Of a stretch of 64,000 bases of DNA, positions 1 through 8,682 are shown one piece after another (within the stretch, counting starts at the first letter, position 1; every line of letters begins with the position of its first letter). The DNA is from an uncultured delta proteobacterium (lineage in GTDB: Bacteria > Desulfobacterota > Binatia > Binatales > Binataceae). A program made the translations under genes and the position numbers. The stretch covers positions 576,001-640,000 of the forward strand of contig CAWJET010000002.1 of the NCBI GenBank assembly GCA_963842085.1, in the 5' to 3' direction. The notes under the pieces are model-generated. The model saw only the letters and a list, made by a program, of their open reading frames with translations, made no database searches and was not told where the DNA came from.

Positions 1-2
1 TA

Positions 3-362
3 CCGGACGGTTACTCTACTGTGCTCGGGCGGCGTGGCGCGCGCCTCTCGGTCGGACAGAAACAGCGAATTGCCATCGCACGCGCCCTGCTTCGACGCCC
101 GGAAATCATCGTCCTCGACGAGCCGGCTGCGCCGCTCGATCCCGCCACGGAATCTGATCTCATAAAAACGCTGGCCGCGCTCGCTCGCGATCGAATCGTC
201 ATCATCGTCGCCCATCGCGCCAGCACGCTGGCCGCATGCAACCGCGTCATTTTCATCGACGGCGGTACGATTACCGCCTCCGGCACGCATGCTCACCTGC
301 TCGCGACGAACCTCCGCTACCAGGCCTACCTGGCGCAGACTGCCGCCGAAATTCCCGCCTGA
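3..362 (+). CDS. ABC transporter ATP-binding protein (exporter type), C-terminal part; gene starts before the window
   Basis: [23 protein letters not shown] signature variant, IIVLDE Walker B, IVAHR H-loop; frame open from the window edge. Confidence 0.9.
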   Translation, partial: PDGYSTVLGRRGARLSVGQKQRIAIARALLRRPEIIVLDEPAAPLDPATESDLIKTLAALARDRIVIIVAHRASTLAACNRVIFIDGGTITASGTHAHLLATNLRYQAYLAQTAAEIPA

Positions 363-450
363 TTGTGGCCCGTTGATTGCTCTTCAAATAACGCCGACCG
401 TGCTGCCGATGCTGAATTCCGCGTCAGTTACGGCGGTGAGGTGATCTGTC

Positions 451-1941
451 ATGACTTCGACTGTTTCCGAAACAGGCAGGGCGGTGCCCGTTTGGGCGGC
501 GTACAAGCCGGACACGAGCGCTTTCGACGAGATGCTTGATCTCTCGAGCCATCCGCGCGCTGGATGCGAGGCCGTCATCGACACGTTGTTCGCTATGCCG
601 CCCGCGCAGTTCACCGAAATCTGTGCGCGCGCCGACCGAATGTTCCGCCGCATGGGCGTGACCTTCAACGTTTACGGCGCCGCCGACGGCTCCGAGCGCA
701 TCTTTCCGTTCGATCCCATTCCGCGCGTGATCGACGCCGCCACGTGGGCCACGCTCGAGGCCGGCCTGATTCAACGTGTGCGCGCGCTCAACGCGTTCGT
801 CGCCGACGTCTACGGTGACGGATGCATCCTCGCCGACGAAGTGGTGCCGCGCGAGCTCGTCCTCGGATGCCCGCAGTTTCGCCGTGCCGCCGTCGGCATC
901 AAGCCTCCGCTGGGCAACTTCGTCACCGTCGCGGGAATCGATTTGGTGCGCGGCGTAGACGGCCGCTTTTACGTGCTCGAGGACAACCTCCGCACTCCAA
1001 GCGGCGTTTCTTACGTGATCGAAAATCGCGTCGTCATGACGCGCCTGGTCCCCACGCTGATGCGCGCATCGCGCGTTCGCTCGGTGGAGCGCTACCCCGC
1101 CGACCTGCTGCAATGCCTGATGGAGATGTCGCCGGCCGGCAAATCCAATCCCACCATCGCACTGCTCACGCCCGGCCCCTACAACTCCGCGTTCTTCGAG
1201 CACGTCTTTCTGTCGCAGCAGATGGGCATCGAGCTGGTCGAGGGCCAGGACCTGGTCTGCGTCGATCGCAAGCTCTACATGAAGGACGTTCACGGGCTGC
1301 GCCAAATCGACGTCCTCTACCGGCGCATCGACGACGACTTCCTCGACCCGCTCGTATTCCGCCCCGATTCTCTCCTCGGCGTCGCGGGCCTGACCGCGGT
1401 TCTGCGCTCCGGCAATGCCGCCATCGCCAACGGCGTCGGCACGGGAGTCGCCGACGACAAGGCCGTCTATGCCTACACGCCCGCGATGATTCGCTACTAT
1501 CTTGCCGAGGAGCCGATTCTCCCCATCGTCGAGACCTATCTGCTGCGCGACCCCGAGATTCGGGAGCAGGTGCTCAAAAATCTCGAACGCTACGTGGTCA
1601 AGCCGACCGGCGCGTCCGGCGGATACGGCGTCGTCATCGGTCCCAAGGCCGACGAAGCTGAGCTCGCCGCCACCCGCGAACGAATTCTCAACGATCCATC
1701 CGCCTTCATCGCGCAGCCCGTCATCGCGCTCTCAGTCCATCCCACGATCATTCACAACGGCTCTGAGAGCGGCATGAAGCTGATGCCGCGGCACATCGAC
1801 TTTCGCCCCTTCGTGCTGCTCGGCGCCAAGCCGCGCGTGCTGGCGGGCGGTCTGACGCGGGTCGCGCTGCGCGAGGGCTCGTTGATCGTGAATTCATCCC
1901 AGGGCGGAGGCAGCAAGGACACCTGGGTGCTCGAGGCCTGA
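451..1941 (+). CDS. Circularly permuted type 2 ATP-grasp protein (DUF404 family)
   Basis: LEDNLRTPSGVSY, GVADDKAVY, VVKPTGASGG, VNSSQGGGSKDTWVL family motifs. Confidence 0.93.
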   Translation: MTSTVSETGRAVPVWAAYKPDTSAFDEMLDLSSHPRAGCEAVIDTLFAMPPAQFTEICARADRMFRRMGVTFNVYGAADGSERIFPFDPIPRVIDAATWATLEAGLIQRVRALNAFVADVYGDGCILADEVVPRELVLGCPQFRRAAVGIKPPLGNFVTVAGIDLVRGVDGRFYVLEDNLRTPSGVSYVIENRVVMTRLVPTLMRASRVRSVERYPADLLQCLMEMSPAGKSNPTIALLTPGPYNSAFFEHVFLSQQMGIELVEGQDLVCVDRKLYMKDVHGLRQIDVLYRRIDDDFLDPLVFRPDSLLGVAGLTAVLRSGNAAIANGVGTGVADDKAVYAYTPAMIRYYLAEEPILPIVETYLLRDPEIREQVLKNLERYVVKPTGASGGYGVVIGPKADEAELAATRERILNDPSAFIAQPVIALSVHPTIIHNGSESGMKLMPRHIDFRPFVLLGAKPRVLAGGLTRVALREGSLIVNSSQGGGSKDTWVLEA

Positions 1942-2882
1942 TGCTCCGGCGAATCGCGAGTCATCTTTTCTGGACTGCGCGCAATTTGGAACGAGCCGAG
2001 TGGCGCGCGCGGCTGCTCGACGTCAACTACCATCTCCTGATCGAGAGTCCGCCGCGCGACGCGCAACCGTGGGCACCCCTGCTAGCGATTTTCGGCGAGC
2101 GCGAACTGTTTACCGAGTCCTACGCCACCGCCGACGACGCCTCCATCCTCAACTTTTTCGCGCTCGATACCGCCAATCCCAATTCGATTCGCAGTTGCAT
2201 CAACACCGCCCGCAACAACGCCATCTCGCTGCGCCATTACATCTCGTCCGAACTGTGGCTCGACCTCAACACGCTCTACCTGACCGCCCAGGAATGGACG
2301 CCCGAACTTTTCGTCTGGCCCGGCGTGTTCGCGTTCTTCGCCGATCTCAAGGACAGCTTCTATCGCCTGTCCGGCATTCGCCAGAGCACCATCCCGCGCG
2401 ACATCGCTTACGACTTCATGCAACTCGGCATCATGCTCGAGCGGACCGAGGACGTCTCCCGGCTGCTCGACGTCAAGTACCATTTCCTGCTGCCGCGGTT
2501 GGAAGACGTCGGCGGGTCGCTCGACATCCTGCAATGGGCGGCGGTACTGCGCAGCGCGTCGGGACTCGAGGCCTACCGCAAGCGCTTCGGAAACTCGATC
2601 AGAATCGACAACGTTGTCGAGATCCTGCTGTTCGATCCGACCTTCCCGCGCTCGGCGCGATTCGCGCTCGCGATGCTCGAAACCTCACTCAACCGCATCA
2701 AGAGCCAGGCGCCTGAGCCCTCGCCGCCCTACTCGCAGCTCGAGGACCTGCTGGCGCTGATGCGCTCGGAGCGCTCGCTGGAGGTGATCAAGTCCGGCCT
2801 GCATCAGTTCCTCATTCAGATTCAGGACGGATGCGCCGCGCTGGGCGACGAGGTCTTTCAACGCTACCTCAAGACCGATTGA
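1941..2882 (+). CDS. Alpha-E domain protein (DUF403)
   Basis: MLRRIASHLFW..RNLERAE and second LERTE repeat (ER motifs), FPRS; TGATG coupling to the ATP-grasp gene. Confidence 0.92.
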   Translation: MLRRIASHLFWTARNLERAEWRARLLDVNYHLLIESPPRDAQPWAPLLAIFGERELFTESYATADDASILNFFALDTANPNSIRSCINTARNNAISLRHYISSELWLDLNTLYLTAQEWTPELFVWPGVFAFFADLKDSFYRLSGIRQSTIPRDIAYDFMQLGIMLERTEDVSRLLDVKYHFLLPRLEDVGGSLDILQWAAVLRSASGLEAYRKRFGNSIRIDNVVEILLFDPTFPRSARFALAMLETSLNRIKSQAPEPSPPYSQLEDLLALMRSERSLEVIKSGLHQFLIQIQDGCAALGDEVFQRYLKTD

Positions 2883-2891
2883 ATTGACGCG

Positions 2892-3803
2892 ATGCTGCTG
2901 CGGATCTGCCACACCACCCGCTTCGAGTACCAGATGCTGGCCTACGATTCGCACAACGAGGCGCGAATGAAGCCGCTTGAAGGTGCCCATCAGCGCTGCC
3001 TGGAGTTCGAATTGATGATCAGGCCCGAGGCGTCCGCGTTTGAATACGACGACTACTACGGCAATCGCGTGCACGCCTTTTCGATCCATGTCCCGCATCC
3101 CGCGCTCATCGTGGCGGCGAAATCTCTGGTCGAGTGCATGCCCGGCCCGCGGCCCACCGCCACGTCGATGCCGTTCGGGGAGTACCTGCTCGACGACCAT
3201 ATACGCAATCGGACCGAATACGATTTCCTCAACGCCAGCCGCCACGTTCCGTTCAGTGAGCCGATGCGGAAATTTTTCTGGCTGACCAAACCCGATCCCG
3301 CCGAGGACGTGATTGCCTACGCGAACCGCGTCGTCGCCTTTGTCCGCGACCAGTTCATTTACGAGCCCGGAATGACCAAGGTGCATTCGACCGCCGACGA
3401 AATTCTCACCGTCGGCGGCGGCGTATGCCAGGACTTTGCGCATCTAACCATCGGCGTGCTCCGCCTGGCCGGCGTTCCCGCGCGCTACGTCTCCGGCTAC
3501 CTGGCGCCTGCCGCCAAATCCACGGTCGAGAGCGTAGGCGCACAAGCCAGCCACGCATGGCTCGAAGCGCAGCTACCCGGTATGGGATGGACGGGATTCG
3601 ATCCAACCAACGGATGCATGGTGGACGAGCGTCACATCCGCGTAGCCGTAGGACGCGACTACTCCGACGTTCCCCCCTTGCGCGGCGTCTATAGAAGCCA
3701 GGGCGGCAAGCAAGTGATGTCGGTGGAACTGGAGATAGAGCCGCAGCCCGATCCGCACGGGTCCGACTCGGGCAATAACGCCAACCAACAAAACCAGCAG
3801 TAA
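2892..3803 (+). CDS. Transglutaminase family protein (bacterial N-domain plus core)
   Basis: GVCQDFAH, SHAW, GFDPTN catalytic triad motifs; GRDYSDVPP; Q/N-rich tail. Confidence 0.92.
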   Translation: MLLRICHTTRFEYQMLAYDSHNEARMKPLEGAHQRCLEFELMIRPEASAFEYDDYYGNRVHAFSIHVPHPALIVAAKSLVECMPGPRPTATSMPFGEYLLDDHIRNRTEYDFLNASRHVPFSEPMRKFFWLTKPDPAEDVIAYANRVVAFVRDQFIYEPGMTKVHSTADEILTVGGGVCQDFAHLTIGVLRLAGVPARYVSGYLAPAAKSTVESVGAQASHAWLEAQLPGMGWTGFDPTNGCMVDERHIRVAVGRDYSDVPPLRGVYRSQGGKQVMSVELEIEPQPDPHGSDSGNNANQQNQQ

Positions 3804-3875
3804 CTCTTGCCCGCAGCAGTGGCCGCGCGCGACAACGGAGCGCGGCCTTAACACTGGGTGCAGGGGTCACCCCTG

Positions 3876-4649
3876 CTACTTGCCCTGGAACTTCGGCGCG
3901 CGCTTTTGCTGAAAGGCGGTGATGCCTTCCTTGTAATCCGCCGTTCGACCCGCCGCGCCTTGTGCCTGCGCCTCGCACTTCAGAACCGCGAACAGGCCCA
4001 TCGCCTCTTCGTCGATCCTGCGCACCAGGTGCTTCGAATGCATGAACGCCGCGGTCGGACCCTGCGCAACCTGCGCTGCAACCTTCCGCGTCTCCGCGGT
4101 GAGCGAGTCCTTCGGCATGCTCCGATTCACGAGTCCAAGCTGCGCCGCTTCCGCACCAGAGAGCAATCGGCCCGTGTAGATCAGCTCGAGCGCGCGATGC
4201 GTCCCGAGGCGCGAGACGAAAAACGAATGCCCGCCCGAGTCGAGCACCGCGCCGATTCGCGCGAACGGCGATCCGATCCTGGCGTCGTCGGCGACATAGA
4301 CCACGTCGCATCCCAGCGCGAGCCCCAGCCCGACTCCCAGGCACGCGCCATGCACCGCGGCAAAAGTCGGCGCCGGGAACGCGACGATTCGCTTGATCAG
4401 CGGATTGAAGGTGCTCTCGATTATCGCTTCGGCGTCCTCGGTTCCAGGATGCGCATCCGCGAGGTCGCGGCCGGCCGAGAACGCAGGACCTTCGCCGCGA
4501 ATCATCATCGCACGGACGCCCTGCGACGCCGCGCGCTCGAGGCATCCGTTGAGCTCGGCCACCATCGCGTCGTTCAACGCGTTCATCTTGTCGGCCCGGT
4601 TGAGAACGATTTCAGCAAGACCGCCTTCGACCGACAAATCGACGCTCAT
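3876..4649 (-). CDS. Crotonase-family enoyl-CoA isomerase, PaaG-like
   Basis: LNRADKMNAL, FSAGRDL; lacks both hydratase Glu residues (GVGLGLAL, SPFARIG) but keeps the Asp in LDSGG as PaaG does. Confidence 0.8.
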   Translation of the reverse strand: MSVDLSVEGGLAEIVLNRADKMNALNDAMVAELNGCLERAASQGVRAMMIRGEGPAFSAGRDLADAHPGTEDAEAIIESTFNPLIKRIVAFPAPTFAAVHGACLGVGLGLALGCDVVYVADDARIGSPFARIGAVLDSGGHSFFVSRLGTHRALELIYTGRLLSGAEAAQLGLVNRSMPKDSLTAETRKVAAQVAQGPTAAFMHSKHLVRRIDEEAMGLFAVLKCEAQAQGAAGRTADYKEGITAFQQKRAPKFQGK

Positions 4650-4669
4650 ATTGGTGGCCTCAGAGTTTT

Positions 4670-5692
4670 TCAGAACACCGGGATAATGTCCTCGGCGGTG
4701 ATATCGCCGACGTCAACTCCCTCAATATCAAGTTCGGGAATCGCGGGGAACTGGATGTCCCATTTTTCGACCAGCTTGCGCACGCGCGCGATCGCCAGCC
4801 GCCAGTTGTCCGCTTGCTGCTCGTACGTCAGAATTCCGAGCCCCGCCTCGCGCGCCACACCAAGCAGGACTCTCTGGTTATGGAGAAAATAGCCGGGCAA
4901 ATCCCAGAACTGCGCCGGCGGCTCCCACAGCACCATCGACAGGAACACGAATCCGGCCCGAAGCTGCTTGGTGATGAACGTTTTGTGCTCATCGGTGAGT
5001 CCGGGCCACTCCTTCTCGAGCAGGTTGATGCAGATCTGGAGATGACGCGCCTCGTCGCGTCCGATTTTCGTGAAGATGTCGCGGAACACCGGATGCGTCG
5101 TGGCGTGCGCCATGCCGTGGAACAGCGTCGACGATGCCACCTCACCCATCATGAACGAGGTGAAGATGACAGCGAGGGGATAACGATCGATCGCGCGGTT
5201 GTACCCGGTCCAATAGCGGCCGCCGTTATGGTAGAGCCAGCCGATATTGTTGAGTGCGACGCGCTGCAGCTCGCTGGTGGGCGTGAAGCCTTGCGGCCCG
5301 TTGGGCACCAAACGCTGGATAACGCGCTGGCAGGTCTCCTCGTGATTGGTCTCGTCGCGGGTAATGGAAAAGAAGCATTTGCGGACCGGGTCTTCCTCGT
5401 GCATCTCCCACGCATGAATCGTCGCGCGCGCGAACACCGCCGGCCCCGACGAATCGAAGTTGGACAGGAGCGCCCACCAGTACATGATCGCAACCTTCTC
5501 GTCGTCGCTCCACGCCTCGGGCGAAAGCTCGCTCCAGTTGATATCGGCGGGATTGAAGCCCTCGCGCTTGGCGCGTTCGTAAATTTCCGCGAGCTTCGGC
5601 GTCTCGCACCGCCATTCGATCGGAAAGATATTAGGCTGCGCGACGGCCGGCGTCTCGACCAGGCCGCCCGCCGGAATTTCGAATTCGGTCAT
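4670..5692 (-). CDS. Ferritin-like diiron-carboxylate protein (putative oxygenase)
   Basis: Two D-E-x-x-H motifs (RDETNH, RDEARH) plus MGEVAS; RBS GGAG upstream. Confidence 0.8.
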   Translation of the reverse strand: MTEFEIPAGGLVETPAVAQPNIFPIEWRCETPKLAEIYERAKREGFNPADINWSELSPEAWSDDEKVAIMYWWALLSNFDSSGPAVFARATIHAWEMHEEDPVRKCFFSITRDETNHEETCQRVIQRLVPNGPQGFTPTSELQRVALNNIGWLYHNGGRYWTGYNRAIDRYPLAVIFTSFMMGEVASSTLFHGMAHATTHPVFRDIFTKIGRDEARHLQICINLLEKEWPGLTDEHKTFITKQLRAGFVFLSMVLWEPPAQFWDLPGYFLHNQRVLLGVAREAGLGILTYEQQADNWRLAIARVRKLVEKWDIQFPAIPELDIEGVDVGDITAEDIIPVF

Positions 5693-5713
5693 CGGCGTTT
5701 GTCTCCCGATCTA

Positions 5714-5743
5714 AATTTACCTACCATTCGGTTGATTTGTCAA
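5714..5743 (-). promoter_or_regulatory. Sigma70-like promoter TTGACA-N18-TAAATT with an embedded PaaR-type operator ACCGA-ATGG-TAGGT (5719-5732)
   Basis: Minus strand reads TTGACAaatcaACCGAatggTAGGTAAATT just upstream of the diiron gene; 9/10 match to the ACCGA-N4-TCGGT actinobacterial PaaR box. Confidence 0.65.
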
Positions 5744-6349
5744 AACGCGGCGGCCCGCGCCCCGCCCCATCCCCTCGAACGCAACCCGAAAGATCGCCTC
5801 GGCCACCTCCGGCGCGTCGAGCCCGCCCCCCGGCCGGTACCATTCAGTAACGGAGTTGAGCATTCCGAACAGCAGCCGCGTCGCCAGCCGCGGCTCGACG
5901 TCCGCGCGCAAATCGCCCTGGCGCTGCGCATTGCGCATCACCCGGGCAATCAGATGGTCGAACGCGCGGCGCCGCTCCATGATCCGCCGCTCGACCGGAG
6001 TGTTACCGCGCACGCGCAGCAACAGCGCCACCTCGGGCAATTGATCTACGGTGATTTCGATGGTGCGATGCACGATATACTTGAGCCGCGCCGCCGCGCG
6101 GCCCCGCTTTGCGGGCCGCTCGTCGAGCACCGCGAACAGCGCGTCGAGCGCGCGTCCAACGCCACGTGCCAGCAGCTCCTCCTTGCCGCGAACGTGATAG
6201 TAGATGCTGGCCTTGGTGATTCCCGCTGCCCGCGCGATGTCGTCGAGCGAGCTGCCGTCGTACCCGCGTCTGAGAAACACGCGCACCGCCACGTCCAGGA
6301 TGGCCTCTAGGTTGTAGGGCTTGCGCTGCTTCGCCGATGGACGGCCCAC
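5717..6349 (-). CDS. TetR family transcriptional regulator, PaaR-like
   Basis: GYDGSSLDDIARAAGITKASIYYHVRGKEEL HTH; LLLRVRGNT and LLFGMLNSVTEWYRP C-terminal motifs typical of actinobacterial PaaR. Confidence 0.88.
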   Translation of the reverse strand: MGRPSAKQRKPYNLEAILDVAVRVFLRRGYDGSSLDDIARAAGITKASIYYHVRGKEELLARGVGRALDALFAVLDERPAKRGRAAARLKYIVHRTIEITVDQLPEVALLLRVRGNTPVERRIMERRRAFDHLIARVMRNAQRQGDLRADVEPRLATRLLFGMLNSVTEWYRPGGGLDAPEVAEAIFRVAFEGMGRGAGRRVLTNQPNGR

Positions 6350-6444
6350 GCGTCTGTCACCTCCAGAGGCCGAGTAGTTTGACTGGATGCGCGCGCGCTT
6401 GCCAGTCTTCTTTCACCGTCAGTGATGTCGCCGGGGAAACCACG

Positions 6445-7272
6445 ATGAAATTTGCAGTCGCAATCCGCAACATGGGGCCGCAATCCGATCGCTCGACGAT
6501 TCGCGCCTGTGCACGAATCGCAGAGCAAGCCGGCTTCGACGCGCTCTTCGTCTCCGACCATTTGTGCATTCCGCCCGACCAGACCGAAGGTTCCGGCGGG
6601 CGCTATCTCGACGTGCTCGCCACGCTGGCCTTCATCGCCGGCGCGACCGAGAAAATCCGGCTCGGTGTTTCGGTGCTGGTCGTCCCCTACCGGCCCGCCG
6701 TATTGACAGCGAAGCAGGTCGCGACGATCCAGGAATTGTCCGGCGAGCGAATGATCCTCGGCGTGGGTGTCGGATGGATGAAGCCGGAGTTCGCCGCTCT
6801 CGGCGCCGACATCCGGCAGCGCGGCGCCGTTACCGACGAAACGTTGAGCGTGATTCATCATCTGTTCAGCGCCGATGTACCCGGCGCGTACGACGGCCCG
6901 CTCGTGAAGTTTCCGTCCTTCGTGTTCCTGCCAAGACCCAAGTGCCCGCCGATTTGGATCGGCGGCAACGGTGCGGCGGCGATAAATCGTGCGCTGAAAT
7001 TCGGCGACGGCTGGCATCCGATGCTGCCCGCATCGGAACTTAAAGCAAAAGTTGAAGAATTGCTTGCGCGCTCACGGGCGACGGGTCGCGCGCTGCCTGA
7101 AATTATCGTCCGGCGAGGGCTACGGCTCGACGATATCGCCGGGGCGCGCGCGAAAGTCGCGGCTGAGCGGGAAGCCGGCGCGACCTATTTCATCCTGGAC
7201 CTGGGGCGCTATCCGAACGAGCAATCGTTCGGCGCATCGGTCGAGACTTTCATGGCGAAAGTCGCGAACTAG
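6445..7272 (+). CDS. LLM-class (probably F420-dependent) oxidoreductase
   Basis: AEQAGFDALFVSDH, LGVGVGW, PPIWIGG, GDGWHP; start set to ATG 6445. Confidence 0.88.
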   Translation: MKFAVAIRNMGPQSDRSTIRACARIAEQAGFDALFVSDHLCIPPDQTEGSGGRYLDVLATLAFIAGATEKIRLGVSVLVVPYRPAVLTAKQVATIQELSGERMILGVGVGWMKPEFAALGADIRQRGAVTDETLSVIHHLFSADVPGAYDGPLVKFPSFVFLPRPKCPPIWIGGNGAAAINRALKFGDGWHPMLPASELKAKVEELLARSRATGRALPEIIVRRGLRLDDIAGARAKVAAEREAGATYFILDLGRYPNEQSFGASVETFMAKVAN

Positions 7273-8510
7273 ATAATTTTGTCGCGGCGGAGCGACTCGA
7301 AATCGTCTGGGCGGACGCCGAGCATCTCGCGATAGACGCGATCGTTGTCGTATCCGACCGGCACCGACCCGCGAACGATTTTCCCGGGCGTCAGTGAAAA
7401 CTTTGGCACGACGCCGATGCCCTTCACCTTGCCCACCTGCTCGTCTTGCCATTCGACGTGCATCCCGCGCGCGCGGTATTGCGGGTCCTCGGCGATGTCC
7501 TTGCTGGTCATGATTGGCGAGCACGGCACGTTGGCATTCGCCATCGCCGCAACGACTTCCTTCACGGTGCGCTCGGAAATCCATCCGCGCAGGAGCGCGT
7601 CGAACTCGATTCCTTCGATCGATTCGAGTTGGGTGCGCGCCGTCTCCCATTTCGGGTCGGCGGAATCGAGCCCGATCACGCGCAGCAGCCGTCCGTACAC
7701 GTCGCCGATCGCGCCCATCACGACCCATCCGTCGCTGGCCTGGAACGAATCGAGCGGCTGGAATCCCTGCGCGCGATTTCCGGAGCGCTCGCGCACGATG
7801 CCGTTCTGGAAGTATTCGACCATCGTGCCGCCCAATGTCTTGTGAATCGCCTCGTACTGCGCGACATCGATCGACTGACCCTTGCCGGTCGCGCGCGCAT
7901 AAGTCAGGCCGGCAAGCGAGGACCACATCGCGAACAGCGCGGTCAGGTAGTCGCCCGTCCACGGCGCGGCGCGTGTCGGTGGAGTGGGGTCGGGGAAGCC
8001 GGTCTGGTACATCATGCCACCGGCGGCCTGCCCTACCACGTCATACGACGCGCGATGCACGTAATCGGGATCCCCGCTTTGCCCGAAGCCCGACACGTGA
8101 GTGATTACCAACTTCGGATTGACCGTCCAAATCGCCGCGTCGTCGAGGCCCCATTTTGGGTAGGTGCCCGGCCTTGAGCTTTCCATCAAGATGTCGGCGC
8201 GCGCGATGAGTTTCAAAAAGATTTCGCGGCCGCGCGGCTTCGACAAATCGAGCGAGACGCAGAACACGTTGCGCCGTTCCTGGATCCAGGTAGTCGCGAC
8301 GGCGGAGTTGCCGTCCTTGGTCTTGAGCCTGATGCCGATATTGCGCCATCCGACGTCGCCTATTCCCGGCCGCTCGATCTGGATCACTTCCGCGCCCATT
8401 TCAGCCGCCAGCTCGGCAGCGAACGGTTGCGCAATCAACGTCCCGGTTGAGACGATCTTTACACCCTGCAGCGGCCCGAATTTTTCAGTAACCAGGTTCT
8501 CGATGCTCAT
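7269..8510 (-). CDS. CaiB/BaiF family III CoA-transferase
   Basis: GPLQGVKIV, AEMGAEVIQIE, SGFGQSG, SYD, GD catalytic region; start set to ATG 8510. Confidence 0.9.
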   Translation of the reverse strand: MSIENLVTEKFGPLQGVKIVSTGTLIAQPFAAELAAEMGAEVIQIERPGIGDVGWRNIGIRLKTKDGNSAVATTWIQERRNVFCVSLDLSKPRGREIFLKLIARADILMESSRPGTYPKWGLDDAAIWTVNPKLVITHVSGFGQSGDPDYVHRASYDVVGQAAGGMMYQTGFPDPTPPTRAAPWTGDYLTALFAMWSSLAGLTYARATGKGQSIDVAQYEAIHKTLGGTMVEYFQNGIVRERSGNRAQGFQPLDSFQASDGWVVMGAIGDVYGRLLRVIGLDSADPKWETARTQLESIEGIEFDALLRGWISERTVKEVVAAMANANVPCSPIMTSKDIAEDPQYRARGMHVEWQDEQVGKVKGIGVVPKFSLTPGKIVRGSVPVGYDNDRVYREMLGVRPDDFESLRRDKII

Positions 8511-8682
8511 GCATTCTCCGGTCGGAGGACGAAAAATCTTGCGCGATGATGCCTGTTTTTGTCCGGAGGGGGCAATATGAGCGCTGCAGCCGGTCGATTG
8601 CATGCCGTTTGCGGAGAGCGTTTTCCATCGACTCGTTGCGGGCTATTATATTTACAAGCGGGATGATTGTGCCGAGGGCGGC

